Shown: positions 50,498-60,578, counted from the stretch's first letter. The stretch is 64,000 nucleotides of DNA from Candidatus Hestiella acidicharens (GCA_035161305.1 JAALXO010000075.1:1588-65587); one strand, 5' to 3'. Notes: a model not told the origin generated them from the sequence alone. Numbers and translations: made by a program.

Positions 50498-51510
50498 ATG
50501 GAGTACCAATTGTTAGGGAAGACCAGCCTGCACGTGTCAAGAATAGGATTTGGAGTATATAGTCTTACTGGGCTCTATGGCGATATAAATGAGGAGGAAG
50601 CAATAGAGCTACTTCACTATGCAAACCGTCTAGGCATAAACTTCTATGATACGGCCGACGTCTACGGTAATGGCTATGGAGAAGAGCTATTATGTAAGGC
50701 CTTTGGGGAGAGAGGCGTACGGCAACTGATTATTGCTACAAAGATAGGATATGATTTTTACAGCGATAAGACGCCACCACTGCGCAGGTATGATGCCAAA
50801 TACCTTCTTAATGCTATCGAGAAAAGTAGTGAGAGATTGTGCAAAAAACCTATAGACTTAGTCCAAGTTCATAATCCACCATTAAATGTACTTCAAAATG
50901 GGGTTCTCTGGAAAGTTCTTGAGAAGATACTTGATGAGGGTTATGCGAGAAAGGTTGGTATTGCCCTGGGTCCCGAGACGGATGTACTGGAGCATGCACT
51001 CATAGCACTTGACCATGAGGAAGCTCAAGCGATACAGTTCGTATATAACATGCTTGAGCAGGAGCCTGGCTCAGCAATAGCGCGGCTTGCATCGAATAAG
51101 GAGGTTGGTACGATAGCCAGGGTACCACATGCTGCTGGGATATTAGATGAAAGTATAAAACCAGAAGAAGGGATGAAGCTCAGAGATCACCGGGTACTGA
51201 GAAGAAACGGGTGGTATAGCTGGGCGTTTCAGCTCTATGGAAAGATGAAACAAGTATTATTTGAGGTGCCGGTGCACCTAGCCAGCAGGCAATAAGGTTT
51301 ATTCTTGATAGTGTACCAATAGATACTGTCATAATTATCGCAAAGGATAAGGCTAGGTTGCGTGAATACGTCAATGCACTTATGCTACCACCTCTGGAGA
51401 GGAGTATTATTGATAGGCTTCGGGAACTTTACTTAGCAGCTATACCAAGAAGCCCAGAGAAGCCAGTGAAAAGCCTTGAGAAACTAGGTCTGACCTCCTC
51501 CCCATCCTAA
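50498..51510 (+). pseudogene. Aldo/keto reductase, frameshifted near 51271
   Basis: LGKTSLHVSRIGFG, FYDTADVYGNGYGEE, IATKIG, IDLVQVHNP, YNMLEQ; C-terminus (QAIRFIL...TVIII...LREYVNA) continues in the -1 frame to TAA at 51508-51510. Confidence 0.8.
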
Positions 51511-51592
51511 AGAGCGATGGTTCTTGGTGTTAATAGAGTGGAGAGGTTTGAGGCTACATTCAATTTGGGTTCAGCCTTGAGCCTCCAGCCCC

Positions 51593-51778
51593 TTATTCAT
51601 ATTCTACTTGGGGAGACTCGGGGTAATGGGGGCTTTTCAAAATATTGCATACACCCGCAATATCAGCATTAAATACCTTGTTCAAGGTTGTACACTTGAA
51701 TAGTCCCCTAGATATACTCTTTCCACATTTACTGCCATGAAGTGAGCAACGTAATGATGATGTATATGCTTCATTTGT
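51593..51778 (-). pseudogene. tnpB: TnpB C-terminal fragment
   Basis: TNEAYTSSLRCSLHGSKCGKSISRGLFKCTTLNKVFNADIAGVCNILK: Zn finger and RuvC III (NAD) motif. Confidence 0.85.
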
Positions 51779-51796
51779 AAAAATAGCACTAATTTC

Positions 51797-51965
51797 TCAA
51801 ACTCTCCTCCATTGTTCTTCAACGTATTTCTTTACAACATTCGCTGTTTACATTACCTGTTGTTGCAACAAAGTAGCTCCTATTCCATAACTTGCCATAC
51901 TTAGCTCTTGTCGTTATATACGGGAACTTCTGTAATATCCTTCTGGCACTCTTGCCTTTGGCGAA
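51797..51965 (-). pseudogene. tnpA: Y1 (HUH) transposase TnpA C-terminal fragment
   Basis: KGKSARRILQKFP...KLWNRSYFVATTGNV..., frameshift, VVKKYVEEQW with the catalytic Tyr. Confidence 0.88.
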
Positions 51966-52309
51966 GCACAACATCATCCCGCAACCAACTATAACTTGTC
52001 CCAGTAAGCTTTATAAAAAATTCTTTCTTTATTAGCTTGTCATAAAGAGGCTATCAGAACCTAAAGAAACCTTAAAAGGCCTATAATCTGGAAACCGCTA
52101 ACAATTCTTAAATGAATATAGAACTAGATCTTTTCATATCTTTTTATTTCATTAATCGGTAACAGATCAATAATGATCATAATTTACACAATAGTTTTTT
52201 ATGTAAAGGGGCTTTTGTATAATTGAAATTTGCTTATAATTTATACTTTGGACATGGCTATTAATTTGCCCACTCTGTAACCGTTAAAAATTTTCCCTAA
52301 CAGATAATA

Positions 52310-53773
52310 GTGGTGAGAATCTTGGGGCTTAGAAATGTGGAAGAGTATTTGTCTAGCCTGAAGGACAAGAGGGAGGTTTACTATAGAGGAGAAATGGTAG
52401 ATGATGTAACAGAACACCCAGTTTTAAGCATCGCTGTTAGACATGCCTCTGATATCTATAGGCTACAGCACGATCCGAAATATAAAGACCTTTTAGTTTA
52501 TGACGATCCTAAATATGGAGCTATAAGTGGTTTTTATAGAATCCCTCGAAGTGCAGATGACCTATTAAATAGGTTTGAGTTGATATATGAAACCACAAGG
52601 CTTGGAAGGGGCATGTTTAATATAATTAAGGCCATAGGTTCCGATGCGCTCTTCGCATTAATGATCATAGCCAAACAAATGGATCTTATGTTAGGTACAA
52701 ACTATTATGGAAAGGTTTTAGATTATTACAAAAATGTTGTAGAAAATGATTTGGCTTTAGCAGTAGCACAAACGGACGTGAAGGGAGATAGATCCAAGAG
52801 GCCTCACGAGCAGGAAGATCCAGACATGTACCTCCGCATAATTGAGAAGACAAAAGAAGGTATTTACGTTCAGGGGGCTAAGGTTCACACCACGCAGTCC
52901 ATTGCTGCAAATGAGTTGATAGTGCTTCCGACTAGGGCCATGATAGAAAAGGACAAAGACTATGCAGTTGCATTTGCAATACCAGCAAATACGAAAGGCG
53001 TTAAGATGATTTCTAGGCCGATGAAAGGAGTTGAAGCTGCCCTAAAAGACCCTAGCTTTATAATGGGTAGGATGAACGTGGAGAGTGAAACTGTAACCAT
53101 ATTTGATAATGTCTTCGTGCCATGGGAAAGGGTTTTTATGAGTGGAGAATGGAATTTCGCAGGCCCACTAGCCATAACCTTCCCAATATATCATAGGTTT
53201 ACCGCGATCTCCTATAGGGCAGCAATGGCCGACCTTTTGCTAGGCCTTGCAAAGCTATTAGCGGAGTATAATGGAGTAGATGACAAGTCTCACATACGTA
53301 GGGATATAGTTTATATGATACGCTACAAGGAGATGTTGCGCGCTACTGCCATAGCGGCGGCACATGAATGCCAGGTTGATAAAAACACTGGTATAGTAGT
53401 TCCAAACATTATTATGACCAACATAGGAAAGCTCCTGGCAAATGAAGAGTATACTTCTACAATAAAGCATTTGGTTGATGTTGCCGGGGGCCTAGCAGCT
53501 ACTATACCCAGCATTCAAGACTTTGAGAATCCAAATGAGGGCAAATACCTAGAAAAATACTTGGTCGGTGCTAGGGGCTCTGCTATAGAAAGGACAAGGC
53601 TCTTCATACTCCTTAAAGAATGGATATCTTCTTTCGGGTCACTATTTACGACGGCGATGATGCATGCAGAGGGCTCAATAGAGGCTAGCGTTATAGAGCT
53701 CTACAGGTCTTATCGCTATGAAAAAAGCAAGGAACTAGCATTGTACGCCTCTGGTCTTAAAGAAGAGTTGTAG
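52310..53773 (+). CDS. 4-hydroxybutyryl-CoA dehydratase/HpaB-family flavoprotein lacking Fe-S cysteines
   Basis: AQTDVKGDRS, GAKVHTT, IFDNVFVPWERVF, YHRF, MHAEGS; only one Cys in 487 aa. Confidence 0.85.
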   Translation: MVRILGLRNVEEYLSSLKDKREVYYRGEMVDDVTEHPVLSIAVRHASDIYRLQHDPKYKDLLVYDDPKYGAISGFYRIPRSADDLLNRFELIYETTRLGRGMFNIIKAIGSDALFALMIIAKQMDLMLGTNYYGKVLDYYKNVVENDLALAVAQTDVKGDRSKRPHEQEDPDMYLRIIEKTKEGIYVQGAKVHTTQSIAANELIVLPTRAMIEKDKDYAVAFAIPANTKGVKMISRPMKGVEAALKDPSFIMGRMNVESETVTIFDNVFVPWERVFMSGEWNFAGPLAITFPIYHRFTAISYRAAMADLLLGLAKLLAEYNGVDDKSHIRRDIVYMIRYKEMLRATAIAAAHECQVDKNTGIVVPNIIMTNIGKLLANEEYTSTIKHLVDVAGGLAATIPSIQDFENPNEGKYLEKYLVGARGSAIERTRLFILLKEWISSFGSLFTTAMMHAEGSIEASVIELYRSYRYEKSKELALYASGLKEEL

Positions 53774-53957
53774 CTTTTTTTGTCTAAGAACAACTTAAAG
53801 GCCTTTATCTAATAAAGACTCTATGTGTACTTTTTGTGGGATATGCTTTTAGTTATGCAAAAAATATATCTTAAAGCAATAGTATAAAGATTTCATTAAA
53901 AAATATATTTTAGGATATGACCACAAATAGGCGAAAGAGCTTTAGGAGGGATTTTCT

Positions 53958-55157
53958 TTGGAAAAGTATGATGTGGTTATTGTAGGTGGTGGTATAGCGG
54001 GACTTTCTATTGCCAGAGAACTCTCAAAATACAATGTATCAACCCTCGTTATAGAAAAAAATGAGGACTTTGGTAGAGAAATGACGGCAAGTAACATGAC
54101 GTTAGTTTGTCAAGGGGCAGACTCCCTTACTTTTAGATATGGAACGCTTCATGCAGAACTGAACATAAAAAGCATACCATTATGGCCAAAATATGCAGAA
54201 GAACTCGGCGTTCCCTTTAAAAAAATAGGTGGTCTTGGCTTGATAAGGGATAAGGCTGACTTCTTTAGGTTTATGAAGATGTATTCAAGGGCATTTAAAT
54301 CTTCGCTAAAGGGTGAAGAATCGTACTATATTCCTAAAGGTAGCTTCGAACCACTACAGTTTTTGAATAAGAAGGCTCTAAAAGACTTAGAGCCCTACTC
54401 GAATCCAAAAATCCAAGGAGCCCTATATGACCCAAACCTAGCTGTAACGGATCCTGTAAAGTTGGCTGTAGCACTAGCCGAAAATGCTAAGGCTAACGGC
54501 GTTGAGTTTCTTTTGAAAAATGAGGTAAATAAAATTATGAGGGAAGACGAGTATTTTACGATTATAACTAATGAAACTTCTATTAAAGGCTCGTTCATTG
54601 TGAACGCTTCTGGAATAAATGCGGATAGGTTAGCTGAAATGGCAAAGGCAAGGGATTTTAGCTATGTTCCAGTTAAAGGGGTTTTGACGGATTTTGATGA
54701 AGATACAAGCGAGGTCTTTAAACACCAAGCATTTTATCTCCCAAGTCTAGGAGAACCCCATATTAAGGCTGTAGTTCCTCTAATATACGGGGGCCTCAGG
54801 GTCGGTATCCATCTAAGCTTTACGTTGCGTAGCGATAAGGAGATTCCTCTAGGGGCAGCAGATCATAACCTAGGGGTTATCAAGAGCATTGCTCCTGGCT
54901 ATCCTTTTGAAAAACACATTAAGAAGACGTTCTTTGGTATAATGCCTCTAACAAATGCCGAAACTGGCTGGCATGACTTTGTTGTGGATACACCACCTCA
55001 CGTACCTAGGTGGATTAACGTAATTTTAGGACCGGCCGGGGTTTCCTCTTCGCCGATGCTTGGAAAGAAGGTGGTTGAGTTGCTTTCAACATCAGGCTTA
55101 GAGATGGAGCCTAATCCTAGGTTTAGTTCTTCGGCCAAAGGAGGTGTAAAGGGATGA
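53958..55157 (+). CDS. FAD-dependent oxidoreductase (DAO/LhgO/GlpA-like)
   Basis: DVVIVGGGIAG, DPVKLAVALAENAKANGVEF, VNASGINADRLA, GPAGVSSSPMLG. Confidence 0.85.
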   Translation: MEKYDVVIVGGGIAGLSIARELSKYNVSTLVIEKNEDFGREMTASNMTLVCQGADSLTFRYGTLHAELNIKSIPLWPKYAEELGVPFKKIGGLGLIRDKADFFRFMKMYSRAFKSSLKGEESYYIPKGSFEPLQFLNKKALKDLEPYSNPKIQGALYDPNLAVTDPVKLAVALAENAKANGVEFLLKNEVNKIMREDEYFTIITNETSIKGSFIVNASGINADRLAEMAKARDFSYVPVKGVLTDFDEDTSEVFKHQAFYLPSLGEPHIKAVVPLIYGGLRVGIHLSFTLRSDKEIPLGAADHNLGVIKSIAPGYPFEKHIKKTFFGIMPLTNAETGWHDFVVDTPPHVPRWINVILGPAGVSSSPMLGKKVVELLSTSGLEMEPNPRFSSSAKGGVKG

Positions 55158-55993
55158 GCGCGTTATCTAGAAAGGTGGACTTGAATATGGCTATTAAAAT
55201 TATAAATGCAATGATTATGTATGCAAATGATAATGGGCTGTTACCTGGTAGCTATGCAGTTGTTGACGAAGGAGGGCACGTAGTTGCGTTTGAGAGGAGG
55301 GATGAGGCACCAGCTGCAACTGCTGACATAGCCATAGATAAGGCTTGGACAGCTGCTACTATGAAAGCTTCAGGAAGGATACTCGAGATCATATCTAAGG
55401 GCCAGGGTTGGAGGCTTAATGTGAAACATAAAGGTAGGCTAACCATCATTCCAGGAGCAGTTCCAATAATAGCCAATGCAAGGGTTATTGGAGGTGTTGG
55501 TCACAGCGGTGGTTCTGCGGAAGACGATTTAAAGATAGCACAAGCCGGCTGGACTGCGATCTTTAGGGAAGAGGATTTCAACGCTGAGGTGGAGGAAAGG
55601 CTTTCCCTTGCAAGGAAAATTGCCAAGGAAGTAATAGAGGAAGTGGATAATAGAAAGCTTAAGCCAGTAACCTTGGCTGTAGTAGATGAATGGGGTCACC
55701 CAACCTTGATTTATAGGATAGATGGGGCTCCTTTTGGAACTTTAGAATTAGCAAGGGACAAGGCCTGGACAGCTGTTGCTTTCAAGACCCTATCAGAAAA
55801 CGTATCATCGCTTTATTCAAATATGATAAGTGCAACAAACTGGAATGAAAGGCTCACTCCTATCCCTGGGGGTGTCCCATTCATGTATAATAAATTTGCT
55901 GGAGCAATTGGGATTGCAGGCAACATGCCTGAAGAAGACAAGAACCTTGCTATAAATGTAATAAAAAAGGTTGGGCTTGAATTGCTTGGCTAG
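55154..55993 (+). CDS. Tandem GlcG/HbpS (DUF336) heme-binding-domain protein
   Basis: Two repeats: AVVDEGGH...RRDEAP....IAIDKAWTA...PGAVPI...GGVGHSGG...DD and AVVDEWGH...RIDGAP....LARDKAWTA...PGGVPF...GAIGIAG...ED. Confidence 0.88.
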   Translation: MSALSRKVDLNMAIKIINAMIMYANDNGLLPGSYAVVDEGGHVVAFERRDEAPAATADIAIDKAWTAATMKASGRILEIISKGQGWRLNVKHKGRLTIIPGAVPIIANARVIGGVGHSGGSAEDDLKIAQAGWTAIFREEDFNAEVEERLSLARKIAKEVIEEVDNRKLKPVTLAVVDEWGHPTLIYRIDGAPFGTLELARDKAWTAVAFKTLSENVSSLYSNMISATNWNERLTPIPGGVPFMYNKFAGAIGIAGNMPEEDKNLAINVIKKVGLELLG

Positions 55994-56270
55994 TAGATAT
56001 ATTTGGGCACCAATACCATCAACTTCCTTTTTATTTAGTGTTGCCTGTAAAGGCTTCTATGCCTATGTAAGTATGGTCGAGTTTGAGTAAGCTTTAGATG
56101 CGAAAACCTTTAAGGTTTTATGAAGAAAGAAGCCCAAGGAACAGACGTATAATTAATTGTATGCCTTAGGCAATAATCTCTAGGCAAGTGTCTCTATGTC
56201 CTTTTAAATTACAAGGCTCCAAACTTCTATGTGGGCTAGTGGTTAAAAGGGCAATTCACAACGGTGGCAA

Positions 56271-57566
56271 TTGTTGGTCGGGATCAAAGAGTTCACGGGA
56301 CTTCTGGTTCTTTTAATAATAATAGGTGGTTTCATACTCAGGGCAAAGAAACCGAAGATTCCGGCATGGTCTATAATGTCCTTTGCTGGGTCAATGAGCG
56401 TCCTTTTTGGCCTAATACCAATAGGCAAACTAAACTATATTATAAATTGGAATTTGATATTGCTTTTAATAGGTATGTTCAGCATAGTTGGGATAATAGA
56501 AGAATCAGGCCTTATTGACTACTTTATTATAAAGCTTTCCAGGCTAACAAAGAATAGGACGTTACTCCTTTATATCTTCTCGCTATTTTTTGCTATAGCT
56601 GCATCTTTCATGGTTAATGATGCCGTTGCAATTTTTGGTGTAAGTTTCTTACCCATGATATCGAGGATCCTTGATATGCCCTTAGAGCCACTCGCCTTTT
56701 TGTTGATATTCTCTATAACTATTGGGTCTGCTATGACCCCTATAGGTAACCCGCAGAACATGCTTATTGCGACGGAGGCAAGCATAAGCGCCCCTTTTGT
56801 TACTTTTTTTAAGTATCTTGCATTACCAACGTTTATAAATTTATGTTTGACCACCTACATATTGACAAAAATTTATAGGATTGAAGAAGGCAATAAGTAC
56901 CTCAATCAAAGCTCACTAGTTCAAAAAAATTTGAAGAATAAGAGGGATGCATACGTCGGTTTAATAGGTTTACTTTTAACAATTTTTCTCATGCTTCTGA
57001 ACGACTTCTTGGAGATGTTTAAGCTACCTCACGTGACCCAGATAGGCCTAATACCTTTTGTTGTAGCCTCATTTTCATATATCTTTGTTTCAAGCCCAAG
57101 GGAGGTATTATCAAAGGTTAACTGGAGTGCCATAATATTTTTCATAGCGATGTTTATAGCTTCTCAAGGAATTTGGAATTCAACCCTTCTTAACTATCCG
57201 TTACACTACCTCTTACCAAGACTTATGAATAACACTAGCGGTTTCTTGAGAATAACCTTAATATCCCTTTTATTTAGCCAACTTTTGAGTAATGTACCGT
57301 TTACTAACATCTTCATATTGTATTTGCACAACCTAGGTTATAGCTCAAGTGATGTGCTCTCATGGATTACGTTTTCTATGAGCTCTACAATTGCAGGAAA
57401 CTTCACAATATTAGGCGCGATATCAAATGTTATAATACTTGATTCTTTAGAGACTAGGTTCAGCACTTTCATTAGCTATGCAAAGTTTATAAAGCTCGGG
57501 GTGATGATAACGCTTGTGAACGTTTCCGTTTATTTGTTATACATAATTGCTTTGTCTTATCTATAA
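56271..57566 (+). CDS. ArsB/NhaD/SLC13-family ion transporter
   Basis: INWNLILLLIGMF, MVNDAV, IGSAMTPIGNPQN, LLSNVP, STIAGNFTILGAISN. Confidence 0.88.
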   Translation: MLVGIKEFTGLLVLLIIIGGFILRAKKPKIPAWSIMSFAGSMSVLFGLIPIGKLNYIINWNLILLLIGMFSIVGIIEESGLIDYFIIKLSRLTKNRTLLLYIFSLFFAIAASFMVNDAVAIFGVSFLPMISRILDMPLEPLAFLLIFSITIGSAMTPIGNPQNMLIATEASISAPFVTFFKYLALPTFINLCLTTYILTKIYRIEEGNKYLNQSSLVQKNLKNKRDAYVGLIGLLLTIFLMLLNDFLEMFKLPHVTQIGLIPFVVASFSYIFVSSPREVLSKVNWSAIIFFIAMFIASQGIWNSTLLNYPLHYLLPRLMNNTSGFLRITLISLLFSQLLSNVPFTNIFILYLHNLGYSSSDVLSWITFSMSSTIAGNFTILGAISNVIILDSLETRFSTFISYAKFIKLGVMITLVNVSVYLLYIIALSYL

Positions 57567-57572
57567 GAAAGG

Positions 57573-58637
57573 CTATGGATTCCATACCTTCTTTGATGAT
57601 AGCAAGTAGTTTACAACGAAGCCAAATATTATTCCTATAAACTGTCCTATCAGGGGGTAGATGTTCAAAATTTTTGCTAGCATTTCCATAACAAAAAATA
57701 TAGTTAAGCCGCTTGGTGCTACCATGACATGGTACCTGAAAATCCTAGAGGCTAGAGACCTCTTCCTTCTATCCTTAAAGGTCCATGCATTATTAAAGGT
57801 GAAGTTGCTTAATATACTACTTTCTATTCCTATGGCACTTGCATAATCATAAAACAAACCCAATCTTAAAAAGAGGTACATCATACCAAGGTTTACAAAT
57901 GTACCACTAGCTCCTACGGTTGCAAATTTTATTGGCCTGGAGTCCCTTATAACGTGAATTAAAAAGGTGACCATCTCTTTAAAACCCAATTTGCTGCTAC
58001 CAGCGTAGCGCTTTCCAAAGATATAGGCAATATCTGACACCTTCGCTTTTGGGTTTGAATAGAGGAGTTCCAACAATATTTTATATCCTATGGGTTTAAC
58101 GTTTTCTATGTTTATTGATTTCTTCCTAAATGCAAAAAAACCTGACATGGGATCACTTGTCCTGTTCGCCTCCGGTACGAGAAGCTTCGCTATCAGAGAA
58201 GCACCCCTGCTCATGGCTTTTCTTATTGCGCTCCACCTCTCCACCCCACCTCCTTTTTTATACCTAGAAGCGACTACAATATCGACCTTATCTTCTATCA
58301 ATTTCCTAACAAGCTTTGGAATAACCTCCGGTGGATGTTGTAGATCCGCATCCATCACAACTATGTATTCTCCGCTTGATATTTTTATGCCATCTATAAC
58401 TGCAGAAGAAAGTCCCCTCTTCTCTTCCCTTACTAGTAGCCTGATGTTTCCATTAACCTTAGACATCTCCTTAACGATCTCCGAGGTACCATCAGGGCTG
58501 TTGTCATCAACAACAATAATTTCATAGGTGCAACATTCCTTTAGTGAACTCTTTATTCTCTCTATTAGGTGAGCTATGTTTTTTGATTCGTTGTATGTTG
58601 GAATTATTATTGAGACCTTTCCAGCATTAGCATCCAT
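57573..58637 (-). CDS. GT2 dolichol-phosphate mannosyltransferase-like protein with GtrA-like C-terminal domain
   Basis: IIIPTYNE, VVDDNSPDGT, VMDADLQHPPE, SDPMSGFF; IKFATVGASGTFVN GtrA start. Confidence 0.9.
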   Translation of the reverse strand: MDANAGKVSIIIPTYNESKNIAHLIERIKSSLKECCTYEIIVVDDNSPDGTSEIVKEMSKVNGNIRLLVREEKRGLSSAVIDGIKISSGEYIVVMDADLQHPPEVIPKLVRKLIEDKVDIVVASRYKKGGGVERWSAIRKAMSRGASLIAKLLVPEANRTSDPMSGFFAFRKKSINIENVKPIGYKILLELLYSNPKAKVSDIAYIFGKRYAGSSKLGFKEMVTFLIHVIRDSRPIKFATVGASGTFVNLGMMYLFLRLGLFYDYASAIGIESSILSNFTFNNAWTFKDRRKRSLASRIFRYHVMVAPSGLTIFFVMEMLAKILNIYPLIGQFIGIIFGFVVNYLLSSKKVWNP

Positions 58638-58905
58638 ATAGGTTTCACTTCATTAGAATAATTAAGGTTGTTAAGCTAAAAAATTATTTGATTTTTGTCC
58701 ATAATTTATAGCAAGTTCATTTGTGTCTTGTAAGAAAAATCTACAAAGACTTTTCTTGACCTCGAACTTGTGGAAACTTTTGTATTTTCTAGTTTGCTAT
58801 TTGATATAAAGATTTTGGTTTAATTATACGAGAGCCTTGAGGATTAGAAGAAGCACTTTCTCGTATAAGTATATATAAACGCTAGGTCCAGATTAGAGGA
58901 AGTGA

Positions 58906-59664
58906 TTGGAGAAAATGATAAGCGACATCGATGGTCTAAAAATACTTAAAAACCTACCAGTCCTTGTCCACGAAAAAAGCCATACGGCGATAATAAGTGA
59001 TATACATTTGGGGTATGAAGGTGCTATGGCTTCACAAGGCGTCTATTTGCCAAGGCTTCAGCTAAAGAGGGCAAGAAACATTATTAATGAAATTGCAAAT
59101 GAGGGTATCAAAAAAATAGCAGTTGCTGGCGATTTAAAGCATGTATTTGAAAAATTGACTAGGCAGGAAAGGGCAGAGGTACTAGAGCTTTTGGGTTATT
59201 CCATAAAAAAGGGGATAAAGGAGATAGTGCTAATAAGAGGCAATCACGATACTTTTATTGGTCCGCTCTTAAGGAGTCTGGGTATAGAGATAGTGGAAGA
59301 TAGGCTTGACCTAGGTAGCGGTGTTACTGTAATTCATGGGCATAAGAGCGTAGACCTAAAAGGTTCTGACTATGTAGTTATGGGGCATGAACATCCAACT
59401 ATTGAAATAGACCTGTCAGGAAGCAGGATAAGGCTCCAAGTGCTATTTAAATTGCCTCTTAAAAACGGCAGAGTAGCATTAGTCTTACCTGCTATAGGTT
59501 TGTATCAAACAGGTACTGTGGTAACGCTCAATAGATCCTCTTACCTTTCACCAATAACGAGGAAATCAGGTATAATAGAGGAGGGCGTGCCAATAATTGT
59601 AGATAGAGAAATAGGAGTAATTGAGCTGGCAAAGCTAAGGATTATTTTAGGATCAAAAAAATAA
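58906..59664 (+). CDS. Metallophosphoesterase (ICC-like)
   Basis: ISDIHLGYE, AGDLKH, RGNHD, IHGH, MGHEHP. Confidence 0.9.
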   Translation: MEKMISDIDGLKILKNLPVLVHEKSHTAIISDIHLGYEGAMASQGVYLPRLQLKRARNIINEIANEGIKKIAVAGDLKHVFEKLTRQERAEVLELLGYSIKKGIKEIVLIRGNHDTFIGPLLRSLGIEIVEDRLDLGSGVTVIHGHKSVDLKGSDYVVMGHEHPTIEIDLSGSRIRLQVLFKLPLKNGRVALVLPAIGLYQTGTVVTLNRSSYLSPITRKSGIIEEGVPIIVDREIGVIELAKLRIILGSKK

Positions 59665-59668
59665 GCAG

Positions 59669-60283
59669 TCATTCTTCTCTTATACATTGGTTTTTGCTTA
59701 ATATATCGTATATGCCAAATACTGCATCTTCAACTTCGGATTCCCTTTTAGCCCCGGTTATGACCATTTTCCCACTACTGAATATTAACAGCACAACCCT
59801 AGGTTTTTCCATCCTGTATATTAACCCTGGGAACTGCTCTGGCTCATACATGCTTTTTGCCAACGTATAGGCAGCCTTTTCCAAGTCTACTATTACATTA
59901 AGGTTTGCTGATGCAACTATATTTTGTATCTGTATTTGGGGTTTGCCTTGCATTGGAACGCCCTTTACTAAAAGTTTTTTGAGTATTGTTTTAACGGCCC
60001 ATACTAATTGCTTTACGCTTTTCGCTCCAGTAACTACCATCTTGCCTGACTTAAATATTAGCGCCGTTATCTTTGGACTTTGCAACCTATAAACAAGCCC
60101 TGGGAACTGGTCTGGATTGTAATCTACATCAGGTATCCTAGTCTCTATTAGGTTTAAGTCGAGTTGTGTATCCAATATGACGGTTGCCACAATGTTTTCT
60201 ATCTTCACGGTTGGCTTGTTGCCCTTTTCTTCTATTTCATTTTTTCCAGAAAAATCTTCACCTAGTCTACCTCCTCTGTTCAA
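59669..60283 (-). CDS. tbp: TATA-box binding protein
   Basis: Direct repeats IENIVAT...YNPDQFPGL...IFKSGK and IQNIVAS...YEPEQFPGL...IFSSGK. Confidence 0.98.
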   Translation of the reverse strand: MNRGGRLGEDFSGKNEIEEKGNKPTVKIENIVATVILDTQLDLNLIETRIPDVDYNPDQFPGLVYRLQSPKITALIFKSGKMVVTGAKSVKQLVWAVKTILKKLLVKGVPMQGKPQIQIQNIVASANLNVIVDLEKAAYTLAKSMYEPEQFPGLIYRMEKPRVVLLIFSSGKMVITGAKRESEVEDAVFGIYDILSKNQCIREE

Positions 60284-60393
60284 AAATCTTCACCTGCTTT
60301 TAAACCCACTAATATACTCCTGTATAGAAATATTTAAATCTTTTTAAGTAATATTTGGATAAAATACAAGCGAGTTATCAGCCCATGACCTAC

Positions 60394-60466
60394 CGCCGGG
60401 GGAGGGACTCGAACCCTCGACCGCCCGGTTAACAGCCGGGCGCTCTACCAGCTGAGCTACCCCGGC
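60394..60466 (-). tRNA. tRNA-Asn(GUU)
   Basis: GCCGGGGTAGCTCAGCTGGTAGAGC...CCCGG-CTGTTAA-CCGGG...GGTTCGAGTCC. Confidence 0.96.
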
Positions 60467-60578
60467 CTGCCAAGGAATTATTGCCCCCACAGGTTTTAAA
60501 ACATTTTCTAAAGGAAGTCATGAAACAGCGATGAAGGAAGGGTTTACTGTTGTATTATAAAGGCATAGAAACATCATA

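Larger units (their letters stand above)
51490..51990 (-). mobile_element. Internally deleted IS200/IS605-family element (tnpA 3' part, tnpB 3' part, right end)
   Basis: Right end GAACCATCGCTCTTTAGGATGGGGAGGAGGTCAG on minus strand, preceded by tnpB and tnpA fragments. Confidence 0.88.

Noticed and set aside
48490-52300. Integrated virus/plasmid with att sites at tRNA-Thr (also checked by eye at tRNA-Arg and tRNA-Glu)
   Set aside because: No duplicated tRNA 3' end, integrase or viral structural gene recognised
52310-53773. Evidence for an autotrophic 4-hydroxybutyrate cycle
   Set aside because: Protein lacks the [4Fe-4S] cysteines required for dehydratase activity
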